From the NCBI GenBank assembly GCA_965199825.1, contig OZ241329.1, positions 64,001-128,000 on the forward strand: a stretch of DNA of 64,000 bases, given 5' to 3'. Under the pieces are notes generated by a model. That model worked only from the letters and a program-made list of their open reading frames with translations. It made no database searches and was not told the DNA's origin. Positions 28,689 to 38,036 of the stretch are shown here, one piece after another. The stretch's first letter is position 1; every line of letters starts with the position of its first letter. The position numbers were made by a program, and so were the translations under genes. The stretch comes from Bdellovibrionales bacterium. GTDB lineage: Bacteria > Bdellovibrionota > Bdellovibrionia > Bdellovibrionales > UBA1609.

Positions 28689-30060
28689 ACGAATTGATTC
28701 GCAACATTTATTTGCTCAACTCAAAAGTTGCGTGCGCAAATCTCAGTTGCTCGCCCTCTCGCTCAACGGCAAAACATGCCTTTCGATGGAAGCCCAAGAA
28801 TTGGTCGATCTTGGTTTGATTCCCTTGGCTCTTGAAACCACCACCAAGTATTTTAGTCTCAAACCGGGCGAGATGGTGATGCTCAATGATCCCTACAGTG
28901 GTGGATCTGGGCCGATGACTCTGACGGTGATCGGAGCGATCACTAAAGACTTTTTTGCGGTCGACCGTATTGGTTTTAGAAATCACGGAACTTTGAGAAT
29001 TCCCCCCACTCCGGTTCAACCTGCGATACTTGAGATCTTAAAAAATCATCCTGAAAGCTCAAAAGACTTTGAAATCTTGGTTCCTGAATTTATTAAAAAA
29101 TTTGAAACCAAATTGCAGAACTTAAAAACAAGTCGAAGTTTTATAGATTTACAAAAAAGTATTCCGCGCATTCATGAGGCGCTGACATTTTCGCAGCAGA
29201 TCTTTTCGGATCGACTACGCGAAATGCCCAGTAGCGAAGCGATTGATGAGATCCACTTCCAAGACCACACAAAAATCCGATTAAAAACTTCGATCAAGCA
29301 TGGAGATATGAGTTTTGATTTTAGTGGAACATCCGCACCTTTAGGTTTTGGAATCAATGACCGAGCGACCGCAGGGGTTTGCCTTTCGTCTTTACTTAAA
29401 GCGATTCAGTTTAGTGGACCAGTTCATTCAAAACTTTTTGATTGTTTAAAAATTCAGACCCCCCAAAATTCTATTGTGAATGCCAAATTTCCATTTTCGC
29501 TCGAGCTTGGTTTAACCGAAGGGGCACGAGCCTTATCGGTTTTGGTTTTACGCACTCTTCGGCATCTGGATCGAAGTCTTTCCACCGCAGAAAATTGCAC
29601 AGGGCTTTGCACTTACAAACTCAAATTTGAATCCGGCAAAAGCTTTAGCGATCATCTGCTGCCTGGGACCGGAGCCAGTGATCATTGCCATGGCACGCAT
29701 GGGGTCCGGTTTTTAGAAAGTGTTGAGAATATCGAACAACACTTTCCGTTAAGATTTCATACTTTTAATTTGCGCAAAAATTCTGGCGGCGGCGGTGAAT
29801 ATCTCGGAGGACTGGGTCAAACCAAGGTGATCGAGGTGCTTGAAAATGGCCATCTCGATTGGTCGATGCTGCCTTATCACCATAGCCCCGAAGGGGTTCA
29901 GGGCGGTCAAGCCGGGAGTTTATCTGAAATCGCTTTGATTCGAAAGGGTCATCACGACCTGATTCATTTGCCTTATAAGGGACTCGAGACTGTTTTCGCC
30001 GGTGACCGTATTATTTTACAGACCGGCGGGGGTGGTGGGTTTGGCGAGGTTCAGGTCTGA
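28678..30060 (+). CDS. Degenerate hydantoinase B/5-oxoprolinase beta-like protein
   Basis: LNDPYSGG, FDFSGTS, SIVNAKFP, SGGGGEYLGGLG and QTGGGGGFG motifs. Confidence 0.8.
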   Translation: MMNKRIDSQHLFAQLKSCVRKSQLLALSLNGKTCLSMEAQELVDLGLIPLALETTTKYFSLKPGEMVMLNDPYSGGSGPMTLTVIGAITKDFFAVDRIGFRNHGTLRIPPTPVQPAILEILKNHPESSKDFEILVPEFIKKFETKLQNLKTSRSFIDLQKSIPRIHEALTFSQQIFSDRLREMPSSEAIDEIHFQDHTKIRLKTSIKHGDMSFDFSGTSAPLGFGINDRATAGVCLSSLLKAIQFSGPVHSKLFDCLKIQTPQNSIVNAKFPFSLELGLTEGARALSVLVLRTLRHLDRSLSTAENCTGLCTYKLKFESGKSFSDHLLPGTGASDHCHGTHGVRFLESVENIEQHFPLRFHTFNLRKNSGGGGEYLGGLGQTKVIEVLENGHLDWSMLPYHHSPEGVQGGQAGSLSEIALIRKGHHDLIHLPYKGLETVFAGDRIILQTGGGGGFGEVQV

Positions 30061-31271
30061 ATCACCGCGCCTAAAGAAATTAATTTTTGACGGATCTCAT
30101 CAATATGATCGAGACTCTTAGTCTCCAAAACAAATTCAATTTGTGTTTCGCTAAATGTTAGGTGGGTACTCAACCGGTCGTGATGGACTTGGAGGATATT
30201 GGCCCGTGTTTCGGCGATTGCACCGGTTAACAAATGAAGAATTCCGGGACGATCAAAAACGGTAACCCGAATGCGCGTGAGTCTTCCGCGTTGTGAGAGC
30301 CCGCGCTCAATCAATTTTGACATCATGTTTAGATCAATATTGCCGCCACATAAAAGAATGCAGGTCTTTTCGCCCAAGTTCCAGTTGGCTTTGGCTGCGG
30401 CTGCAAGTCCAATCGCTCCCGATCCTTCGACCACCGCCTTTGCGCGCTCGAGCAGCATCACGATGGCCTCTGCAATTTCGTCTTCTTTTACCGTTACAAT
30501 ATCATCCACATATTTTGAGAGATAGAGATCACAGATTTCGGGAGTTGCGGTTTTGATCGCAAGCCCCTCGGCAATGGTTGGCCGCTTGGTCGATTGCTTT
30601 TGTCCTTCACCCTTAAAAAGATGATACATCGCAGGTGCATGCTCAGGTACCGCCCCGTAAATCCGCACCTTGGGATTTAACGTCTTGATTGCTGTGGCGA
30701 TGCCACTCATCAACCCACCCCCACCCACCGGGATCACAATCGAATCAAGGTCAGGAAGTTGCTCTAAAACTTCAAGCCCGATTGTGCCTTGTCCGGCAAT
30801 CACCAAAGAATCAAGATAAGGGTGAACGAAGGTATAACCCTTTTGTTTTTCGAGCTCGCGCGCGTGAGCATAAGCCTCATCATAAATATCGCCGTGAAGA
30901 ATGACATGAGCCCCGTAACCCTGAGTCGCCGCGACTTTAACAAGCGGTGAGGTCACGGGCATTACGATATTGGCCTTTACCCCAACACGCGCTGCCGAAT
31001 AGGCAACACCTTGGGCATGATTGCCCGCACTGCTTGCGACAACACCGCAGCGCTTTTCTTCTCCGTTAAGATTTAAAATTTTATTAAGAGCACCGCGAAT
31101 TTTAAAACTTCCGGTGGTCTGTTGATTTTCAAATTTGAGATATGTTTTTGCACCCAGCCACTTGGTAAAACTTCGCGAGTAGCCCAGTTGGGTGATTTGA
31201 ATTTCATTTTGGATCAGCTTGCGAGCGCGCTCAATATCTTCAAGCGTGATCGCCTTCACTCTTGTTCCCAT
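30051..31271 (-). CDS. ilvA: Threonine ammonia-lyase with C-terminal ACT domain
   Basis: GSFKIRGA (PLP Lys), SAGNHAQG, VGGGGL, GGNID and ACT DRPG motifs. Confidence 0.95.
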   Translation of the reverse strand: MGTRVKAITLEDIERARKLIQNEIQITQLGYSRSFTKWLGAKTYLKFENQQTTGSFKIRGALNKILNLNGEEKRCGVVASSAGNHAQGVAYSAARVGVKANIVMPVTSPLVKVAATQGYGAHVILHGDIYDEAYAHARELEKQKGYTFVHPYLDSLVIAGQGTIGLEVLEQLPDLDSIVIPVGGGGLMSGIATAIKTLNPKVRIYGAVPEHAPAMYHLFKGEGQKQSTKRPTIAEGLAIKTATPEICDLYLSKYVDDIVTVKEDEIAEAIVMLLERAKAVVEGSGAIGLAAAAKANWNLGEKTCILLCGGNIDLNMMSKLIERGLSQRGRLTRIRVTVFDRPGILHLLTGAIAETRANILQVHHDRLSTHLTFSETQIEFVLETKSLDHIDEIRQKLISLGAVIQT

Positions 31272-31483
31272 AAAGCATTAAGGCCTTGAATTGGCCAACA
31301 TTCGCCGGGCAGAAACACAGGGCGGAGACCAAAATCTGAGGATAGTGGAGCAAGCGCTTGATCAAAAAAATAAAAGGGCGAAAAGTGTTTTCCACATCCG
31401 TCACATTTTGAAACAGATTCGATCTTGGATTCGGTGATGCTGCTACAAATGTGACATCTTCGGATATTTGATATTGATTTCAA
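31256..31483 (-). CDS. Small zinc-ribbon protein
   Basis: CHIC...CDGC; GAGGGG RBS before TTG 31483; overlaps the ilvA start. Confidence 0.7.
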   Translation of the reverse strand: MKSISNIRRCHICSSITESKIESVSKCDGCGKHFSPFYFFDQALAPLSSDFGLRPVFLPGECWPIQGLNALWEQE

Positions 31484-31599
31484 AACTGTGCCCCCTCTTT
31501 CTAGTTTAGTCTGATAAACAGAGGGGCCGCAAGAGGGTGTGGTGACCAATGACTTTTCACACCGTTGTGATTAAAGGACTTAACGCAGACTTGCCCTAA

Positions 31600-32319
31600 T
31601 TATTCTTCGCACACTTCGGCAATGGACGCGAGCGTCACCGGATCCAGCGAGGCTTTGCCAATCAAAAACCCATCGACCACCGCAAGTTGAGCCAAGGATT
31701 TTGCGTTCTGCTCGTTAACACTTCCTCCGTAAAGAACCGGCGCTTTTTTGGGCAATATATCCAATATGATCTGATGCGCCTCTTTGACCTGTTCGATACT
31801 TGCCACTTCGCCGGTCCCAATTGCCCAAACCGGCTCATAGGCAATCACAAATTTTTTGTTTGGATCTAATAATTTTAAGCCGACATCAAGTTGGCGTTTG
31901 AGAACTTCGCGCACCTGATTATTTTTTCGCTGATCTAGGGTTTCGCCCACACAGAGTAGCGGAATGAGTCCGGCTCCTTGAGCGATCTTAAACTTTGTTT
32001 GAATGATCTCGTCGGTCTCGTGAAACAATTGGCGGCGTTCGCTATGTCCAACCAGTGCATAACGGGCGCCGCACTCTGCAGCCACACTTGCCGAAATCTC
32101 TCCGGTCAATGCTCCTGTCAATTCGGTTGAGATATTTTGAACCCCTAAAAATAATTTTGATCCCCTAATTTTTTGATCCGCTGTTTGCAAGACCAAAGCT
32201 TGAGGGAAAATCAAAAACTCATGGGGTGAGCTTTTGATCATAAATAAAAATTCTTCTAAATATTTTTTGGTTTCGCTTAAGCCCTTATTGAGCTTCCAAT
32301 TTCCGGCAATGATTTTCAT
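31600..32319 (-). CDS. tpiA: Triosephosphate isomerase
   Basis: AGNWK, GHSERR, AYEPVWAIGTG and YGGSV motifs. Confidence 0.98.
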   Translation of the reverse strand: MKIIAGNWKLNKGLSETKKYLEEFLFMIKSSPHEFLIFPQALVLQTADQKIRGSKLFLGVQNISTELTGALTGEISASVAAECGARYALVGHSERRQLFHETDEIIQTKFKIAQGAGLIPLLCVGETLDQRKNNQVREVLKRQLDVGLKLLDPNKKFVIAYEPVWAIGTGEVASIEQVKEAHQIILDILPKKAPVLYGGSVNEQNAKSLAQLAVVDGFLIGKASLDPVTLASIAEVCEE

Positions 32320-33551
32320 ATTTCGTCCTCAACAATTTCGGAGCGTTTGCGCGCTCTCAAAGCTTCAATCCCAGGTAATTTACGGCCTTCGAGATATTCT
32401 AAGCTTGCGCCTCCACCGGTGGAGATGTGGCCCATTTTTGAAGCGTAGCCCGAGGCTTCGGCCGCTGCGGCTGAATCACCGCCGCCAACAATTGTGAGAG
32501 CTGAACTCTCCGCCAAGGCTTTTGCCACCCCAAAAGTCCCTTGCGAGAGTTGAGGCTTTTCAAAAACACCCATCGGTCCATTCCAAAAAATTGTGCGAGC
32601 GCGGGCAATGACCTTTTGAAATTCGATTAAAGTTTTTGGACCAATATCAAGACCCATAAATCCATCATCAATGGCCGAGGAATTTGTGGTGCGCAAATTT
32701 TCAACCCGATCAAAACTTTCGCTCACTACATGGTCCACAGGCAGATAGATTTTTTTATTGCGCGCACTCATCCGGTCTAAAAGTTCTTTGGCAAAACGAA
32801 CCTTATCTTTTTCAACACGAGAATTTCCAACTGAAACATTTTGTGCCGCCAAAAATGTATACGCCATGGCACCGCCGACAATAAACGAGTCCACACGGTC
32901 CACCAAATTTTCGATCACTTTAATTTTGTCGCTCACTTTTGATCCGCCCAAGATTGCAACAAATGGCGACTCACTTTTAAATCGAACCAGATCGAGCATT
33001 TCGATTTCTTTTTTGATCAAAAATCCAATGCCGTGTTTGGCCACGAATTCGGGTAATCGTGTTATCGACATGTGCGCCCGATGTGAGGCCCCAAAGGCAT
33101 CGTTGATATAAATATCAACGTACTCGGCAATCGCTTGAGCATATTCGGGTTCATTTTTTTCTTCACCTGGATCAAATCGTAAATTTTCGAGCAAGATCAG
33201 CTGATTTTTTTTGAGTCCCGAAAGCAAAGCCTTTGGAGTTTCAGATCGCGGATCTTCGGTAAGAATCACATCCATATCTAAAAGAGCCTGAAGTCGTCGC
33301 GCAATCGGCTCCATCGATAAAGTGGTTCGGTCTTCGGGTGTGGTGGGACGACCTAAATGGGAGGCCAACACTAATTTTGCGCCGTGATCGCGTGCAAACT
33401 CGATGGTTGGAATGGCGGCTCGAATGCGGGTGTCATCAGAGATTTCGCCGTTTTGTAGCGGCACATTAAGATCTAAGCGAAGAAAAACTTTTTTTCCTTC
33501 CAGCTTAAAATCATTGATCACTTTGATCCCGTCGAGGGTTTTATTATGCAT
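32316..33551 (-). CDS. pgk: Phosphoglycerate kinase
   Basis: RLDLNVP, SHLGRP, LENLRF, WNGPMGVFE and HISTGGGASLE motifs. Confidence 0.98.
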   Translation of the reverse strand: MHNKTLDGIKVINDFKLEGKKVFLRLDLNVPLQNGEISDDTRIRAAIPTIEFARDHGAKLVLASHLGRPTTPEDRTTLSMEPIARRLQALLDMDVILTEDPRSETPKALLSGLKKNQLILLENLRFDPGEEKNEPEYAQAIAEYVDIYINDAFGASHRAHMSITRLPEFVAKHGIGFLIKKEIEMLDLVRFKSESPFVAILGGSKVSDKIKVIENLVDRVDSFIVGGAMAYTFLAAQNVSVGNSRVEKDKVRFAKELLDRMSARNKKIYLPVDHVVSESFDRVENLRTTNSSAIDDGFMGLDIGPKTLIEFQKVIARARTIFWNGPMGVFEKPQLSQGTFGVAKALAESSALTIVGGGDSAAAAEASGYASKMGHISTGGGASLEYLEGRKLPGIEALRARKRSEIVEDEI

Positions 33552-33554
33552 TCT

Positions 33555-34556
33555 TTAAATTCCTTTTTTAGCCATATCCAATGCCATGTCGACCATACGT
33601 TCTGAAAAACCAACCTCATTGTCATACCAAGAAAACACTTTGGCAAAATTCGAACCCATCACCATCGTGCACTGAAGATCAACAATCGAGCTGTGGGGAT
33701 TTCCGATAAAATCAACACTGACCAACGGATCTTTTTCCACCGCAAGAATTCCTTTAAGGGTCGTATTTGCAGCCTCAGTCAAAGCTTGATTGATCGATTC
33801 GACACTCACCTCTTTTTTAGAAATAAAAGTCAGATCAACAAGACTGACATCGGGTGTGGGAACACGGATCGATGTGCCATCAAATTTTCCTTTTAGTTCA
33901 GGAATGATTTCGCCCACCGTCTTTGCGGCACCAGTTGTAGTGGGAATCATCGAGACCGCAGCCGAGCGCGCGCGGCGCAAATCCTTGTGTGGAGCATCGA
34001 GAAGTTGTTGATCATTGGTGTAGGAATGAATGGTTGTCATCAATCCCTTTTCGATTCCAAATCGATCTTCCAAAACGCGAGCAATCGGCGCCAAACAATT
34101 GGTGGTGCACGAGGCATTGCTAATCACATAGTGTTTTTGTGGATCATACATTTGATGATTGATTCCGTAGACCATTGTCAAATCCACACCGGGTGAGGGT
34201 GCAGAGACCAAAACACGTTTCGCTCCGGCTTTGATATGTTTGGTAAAATCCTCTTTGGTTTTGAATACACCCGTGCATTCCAAAACTAGATCACAACCCC
34301 ATGCCTTCCACGGAATATCTGCTGGGTCTTTACAGGCCGAGAGCGCAATTTTTTTGCCATTCACGATCAGATTATTTTTGTCGTGTTGAACATCCGCTTT
34401 GAATTGGCCGTGGGTGCTATCATATTTCAACAGATGTGCGGCTTGCTCAGCATCACCTAAATTGTTGATACCGACAATATCGAATTTTTCAAAACCCGCA
34501 CGAAATAAAATTCGTCCGATACGTCCAAAACCATTGATGCCTACTTTTAATTTCAT
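33555..34556 (-). CDS. gap: Glyceraldehyde-3-phosphate dehydrogenase type I
   Basis: GINGFGRIGR, SNASCTTNCLAP and WYDNE motifs. Confidence 0.98.
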   Translation of the reverse strand: MKLKVGINGFGRIGRILFRAGFEKFDIVGINNLGDAEQAAHLLKYDSTHGQFKADVQHDKNNLIVNGKKIALSACKDPADIPWKAWGCDLVLECTGVFKTKEDFTKHIKAGAKRVLVSAPSPGVDLTMVYGINHQMYDPQKHYVISNASCTTNCLAPIARVLEDRFGIEKGLMTTIHSYTNDQQLLDAPHKDLRRARSAAVSMIPTTTGAAKTVGEIIPELKGKFDGTSIRVPTPDVSLVDLTFISKKEVSVESINQALTEAANTTLKGILAVEKDPLVSVDFIGNPHSSIVDLQCTMVMGSNFAKVFSWYDNEVGFSERMVDMALDMAKKGI

Positions 34557-34581
34557 ATTTCCTCCAAGCCAGATGTTTGGC

Positions 34582-35355
34582 TTACATGAAGTTCATTTTT
34601 GAAAATAGCTTTTTTGCGTTATCTTGGGTGATCTTCGAAAACTCTGTTAAAGAAATGTTTCTCATCTCGCTCACACACTTTGCAGTCTCAACCACAAAAG
34701 CGGGAACATTTTTTTTACCACGAAAAGGCACTGGACTTAAGAAGGGCGAATCGGTTTCGACATGAATCCGATCAAGTGGGATAGTTAAAACCACATCACG
34801 CAAAGCTTGGGCATTTTTGAATGTGACAATTCCACTGATCGAAATATTGAGTCCCAATTCGAGCGCTTGATCACACAACCACTGCGTCCCGGTAAAACAA
34901 TGAAGAATCCCGCGAACCCGGCCGCCAAATTCTTTTAATATTTCCACCGTGTCCTGTTCGGCCTCACGGGTATGAATCTGCACCGGTAAATCTTTGCTCA
35001 AAGCAATTTCAAGCTGACGCCGAAAAACTTTTTTTTGAACCTCGCGATCCGAAGTCTCGCGGTAATAATCAAGCCCCATTTCGCCTGCGGCAACAACCCT
35101 TGGATGCTCAAAACTCTGAAGTAAAAACTCTTCGATCTCTGTTGAATAGTGCGCAGCCTCTTCGGGATGAATTCCCAAACTGGCATAAACATAGGGCGAA
35201 AATTGATCGGCGTAGCCTAACACTTTTTTGAGGTCATCGGGATGGGTCCCAATCGAAATCATGCGGGTGACATTGGCCGCTTGCGCCTGCTTGACCGCTT
35301 CTTCAGGCGGGATCTCAAGGATGTTGAGATGTGCATGAACATCGGTCCACTCCAT
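34582..35355 (-). CDS. tatD: TatD-family hydrolase
   Basis: DVHAH, GIHP, GEMGLDY, HTREA, HCFTG and ETDSPFL motifs. Confidence 0.93.
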   Translation of the reverse strand: MEWTDVHAHLNILEIPPEEAVKQAQAANVTRMISIGTHPDDLKKVLGYADQFSPYVYASLGIHPEEAAHYSTEIEEFLLQSFEHPRVVAAGEMGLDYYRETSDREVQKKVFRRQLEIALSKDLPVQIHTREAEQDTVEILKEFGGRVRGILHCFTGTQWLCDQALELGLNISISGIVTFKNAQALRDVVLTIPLDRIHVETDSPFLSPVPFRGKKNVPAFVVETAKCVSEMRNISLTEFSKITQDNAKKLFSKMNFM

Positions 35356-35356
35356 T

Positions 35357-36223
35357 TCAAAAATTCTCCATAATTAAATTTTTATCGACATGAGCTTTTA
35401 AATCATCATCCATCTTCAACAGATTTTTAAAAATCAGATCGAGCTGACGTGTCTCGAGTGGAATCGCCTCAATCAAATCTTGATGAATCAAAGAGGTCGA
35501 GAGTTTTTGCACCCGAAAGTCGCGCACCATCTGTCTTAATAAACGTGTGACCTGATTGAGATCTTGATTTTTAAGACCCGCAAAAATTTCCCTCGTCGGT
35601 TGATTTTTCAGCCGCTTTTTTAAAAGGTCGTAGCAGGTTTGTCTTAAAGAATTATCACCCATAAGATTCTTTAACGCCTCAACCTGACCGAGCGAGGCCT
35701 TGTACATCCACGGCTCAGCGGCGGGCTCAATTTTTTTTAAGGCCTCTTGAGAAAGTGCACCAAATCGGACTTGCTCGGATCGTGAACGTAGAGTTGGCAA
35801 AACCATATGAAGATTTGAGGTGATCAAAAAAAAGAAAGTGTCTGGAGGTGGCTCCTCAAGATTTTTGAGCAAGGCATTGGCCGCAGGTGGAGTCATTTGA
35901 CTTAGATCATCGATAACAATCACTCGCTTGGCGCTTTTCAGTTTTAAAAAATCAATCACAGTTTCGGACTGGGCCAATTTGATTTGGGTTTCTGATCGAA
36001 CCACCAGCAGGGATTCATGCTGCTCATTTTCTACACGCAAACAAGACCCGCACTGTCCGCATCCACCAGAAACACACAATATCTTTTGGGCAAATCCGAG
36101 GGCCACCTTTTTTTTGCCCACATTGGGTGGCCCAACCAAAAGGTGCACTGGCTTTTGGAGCGATCGATCGAGTTTTGAAATTGCGGCATCTTGGCCAAAA
36201 ACATTTTTTAGGATTTGAGCCAT
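35357..36223 (-). CDS. holB: DNA polymerase III delta' subunit
   Basis: GPPNVGK, CxxGCGQCGSC, ANALLKNLEEPP and LPTLRSR motifs; tmk-holB-tatD synteny. Confidence 0.9.
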   Translation of the reverse strand: MAQILKNVFGQDAAISKLDRSLQKPVHLLVGPPNVGKKKVALGFAQKILCVSGGCGQCGSCLRVENEQHESLLVVRSETQIKLAQSETVIDFLKLKSAKRVIVIDDLSQMTPPAANALLKNLEEPPPDTFFFLITSNLHMVLPTLRSRSEQVRFGALSQEALKKIEPAAEPWMYKASLGQVEALKNLMGDNSLRQTCYDLLKKRLKNQPTREIFAGLKNQDLNQVTRLLRQMVRDFRVQKLSTSLIHQDLIEAIPLETRQLDLIFKNLLKMDDDLKAHVDKNLIMENF

Positions 36224-36822
36224 TGTCGCCTTTTTAATTCTAACAAGAGATTATCAAAAAGAACTTCTGGCGATTGGCTCGAGGAATCGAGCACCAGCCA
36301 AGTTTCGGTCACCAGTTCGAGATATTTTTTGCGCACGCGTTCGTGAAAGTCCTTGGCTTCAGCTTCGAGACGATCAAGTTTAAAGTTTTTTTTGCGTTCG
36401 GCACTTTTTTCTACGCTGAGGTCTAACAGAACTGTGAGGTCGGGCTTGATATTTTGGGTGGCAAAATTGTCTATAGTCTCGATCATTTTGAAATCCAGAT
36501 TTCTCCCGCCGCATTGAAATGCATAGGTCGAGGCCGAAAAACGATCACAAAGCACCCACATATTTTTTTGTAAACTGGGTTTGATTAATTTTTCCACATG
36601 CTGACTGCGTGCGGCTTCGTACAACAAAACTTCGGCTAATGAAACAGGCTCGTCAGAAGTTTTTTTTAACAACAAGGCCCGAATCTCTTCGGCTAAGGGG
36701 GTTCCGCCGGGTTCGCGCGTGACCACATGCTCTTGACCCTTTTGTTTTAAATAAGTGCTGAGGCGTCGGACCAGGGTGGATTTTCCCGAACCATCAAGGC
36801 CCTCAAAAACAACAAACGGCAT
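36208..36822 (-). CDS. tmk: Thymidylate kinase
   Basis: FEGLDGSGKST, TREPGGT and CDRFSASTYAFQ motifs; start ATG 36822. Confidence 0.96.
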   Translation of the reverse strand: MPFVVFEGLDGSGKSTLVRRLSTYLKQKGQEHVVTREPGGTPLAEEIRALLLKKTSDEPVSLAEVLLYEAARSQHVEKLIKPSLQKNMWVLCDRFSASTYAFQCGGRNLDFKMIETIDNFATQNIKPDLTVLLDLSVEKSAERKKNFKLDRLEAEAKDFHERVRKKYLELVTETWLVLDSSSQSPEVLFDNLLLELKRRQWLKS

Positions 36823-36877
36823 AATCTTTGACTCCGTGAATATCCATCCTCTATACCTGTTGATCGGAGGAATTGAA

Positions 36878-37234
36878 ATGATCACACTTGTCGCCGTACT
36901 TCACCTGCTTTCTGCTCTAACTTTGATATTGCTAGTTTTGATTCAAGATCCAAAAGGTGGGGCCATGGGCGTCTTTGGCGCTGGCGGAAGTAGCTCAAAC
37001 AGTTTCTTTGGCTCAACCGGTGCAACTAATTTTTTATCAAAATTGACCCGCTGGATGGCGATCGTTTTTGCTTGCTGCTGTTTGATGTTGGCCTATCTCA
37101 ACACTCGACACGGCGGCAGTGCGATGGATAATTTTGCGGCACCTTCAGCTCCCGCTGCACCTTCGGCACCCGCAAGTGCTGCTCCCTCTGCCCCAACCTC
37201 CGAAGCCCCACAGACTCCTCCCGAAAGTAAATGA
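36878..37234 (+). CDS. secG: Preprotein translocase subunit SecG
   Basis: LVLIQDPKGG...FFGSTGATNFLSKLT; GGAGG RBS before ATG 36878; Ala/Pro tail. Confidence 0.93.
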   Translation: MITLVAVLHLLSALTLILLVLIQDPKGGAMGVFGAGGSSSNSFFGSTGATNFLSKLTRWMAIVFACCCLMLAYLNTRHGGSAMDNFAAPSAPAAPSAPASAAPSAPTSEAPQTPPESK

Positions 37235-38034
37235 GCTATTTTTGGCAAGGGCTAAAAATTGGTTTAGCTCTGCTTGCGCTCTTGGTGTTGTGGAAAAATC
37301 AATCGATTGCCAATTATTTTAATTCTCATTTTTTTGCAAAGCCCTCTGCACCCCTCTTGCGTGAGGTTGCAACCGTTTTAGAAATTAAAGGACATGTGAC
37401 CACACCCTCAGCGTTGGTGGAAAATACCGAAGTCGAAATCGGTAAGGAGAGTGCACTCCGGGTTCAATTTTTTGATGGCACCGAACTCGAATTTTTATCT
37501 GAAACCCGAGTGGTCTTTGATTTTTGGAATCGGATGATGCCCAACTCACCGGCACTGGTATGGATGCTCAACGGCGATTTTAATTTGATCAAAGCAGGCT
37601 CAATGGATCAGGTTTTTATGGTGCATGCGGGCCAAATATTTACTCCTTCCACCAAACCGAAAAAATGGACCCCGCCCGTTGTGGTTGCGGTTGAAACCGA
37701 AAAAACAGAAGCGCCTGCGCCACTTGTTGTTCAACCAAAGAGCCAGTCCCTTTCGTTAACGAATGAATATATGGACGACATGATCGCCAACCAACGTCAG
37801 CGTCTTATCAATTGTCAGCAAAATACGGCGCGCGCCGAAGGCGAGGCAAACGGGTTGATTGTGGTTGGATTTCGAATTACCAACGAGGGCAAAGTTTTGG
37901 AGCCAAGAGTGATTGGTGCAACCGAACTGGATCAAGGACTGCAAAATTGTGTTTTAGAAGTGATCTCCGAAATACGATTTAAATCTTTTGTGGGAGCTGA
38001 GATTGTGCGCTCCATTGAATTCAATTTCGAATAG
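37231..38034 (+). CDS. Membrane-anchored protein with FecR-like segment and AgmX/TonB-C-like C-terminal domain
   Basis: N-terminal TM; VQFFDGTELEFLSETRV; C-terminal NCQ...GLIVVGFRITNEGKV...NCVLEVISEIRF. Confidence 0.7.
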   Translation: MSYFWQGLKIGLALLALLVLWKNQSIANYFNSHFFAKPSAPLLREVATVLEIKGHVTTPSALVENTEVEIGKESALRVQFFDGTELEFLSETRVVFDFWNRMMPNSPALVWMLNGDFNLIKAGSMDQVFMVHAGQIFTPSTKPKKWTPPVVVAVETEKTEAPAPLVVQPKSQSLSLTNEYMDDMIANQRQRLINCQQNTARAEGEANGLIVVGFRITNEGKVLEPRVIGATELDQGLQNCVLEVISEIRFKSFVGAEIVRSIEFNFE

Positions 38035-38036
38035 TT

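Noticed and set aside
37135..37225. Ala/Pro/Ser repeat (APSAPAAPSAP) in secG
   Set aside because: Ordinary low-complexity SecG tail, not a DNA repeat array.
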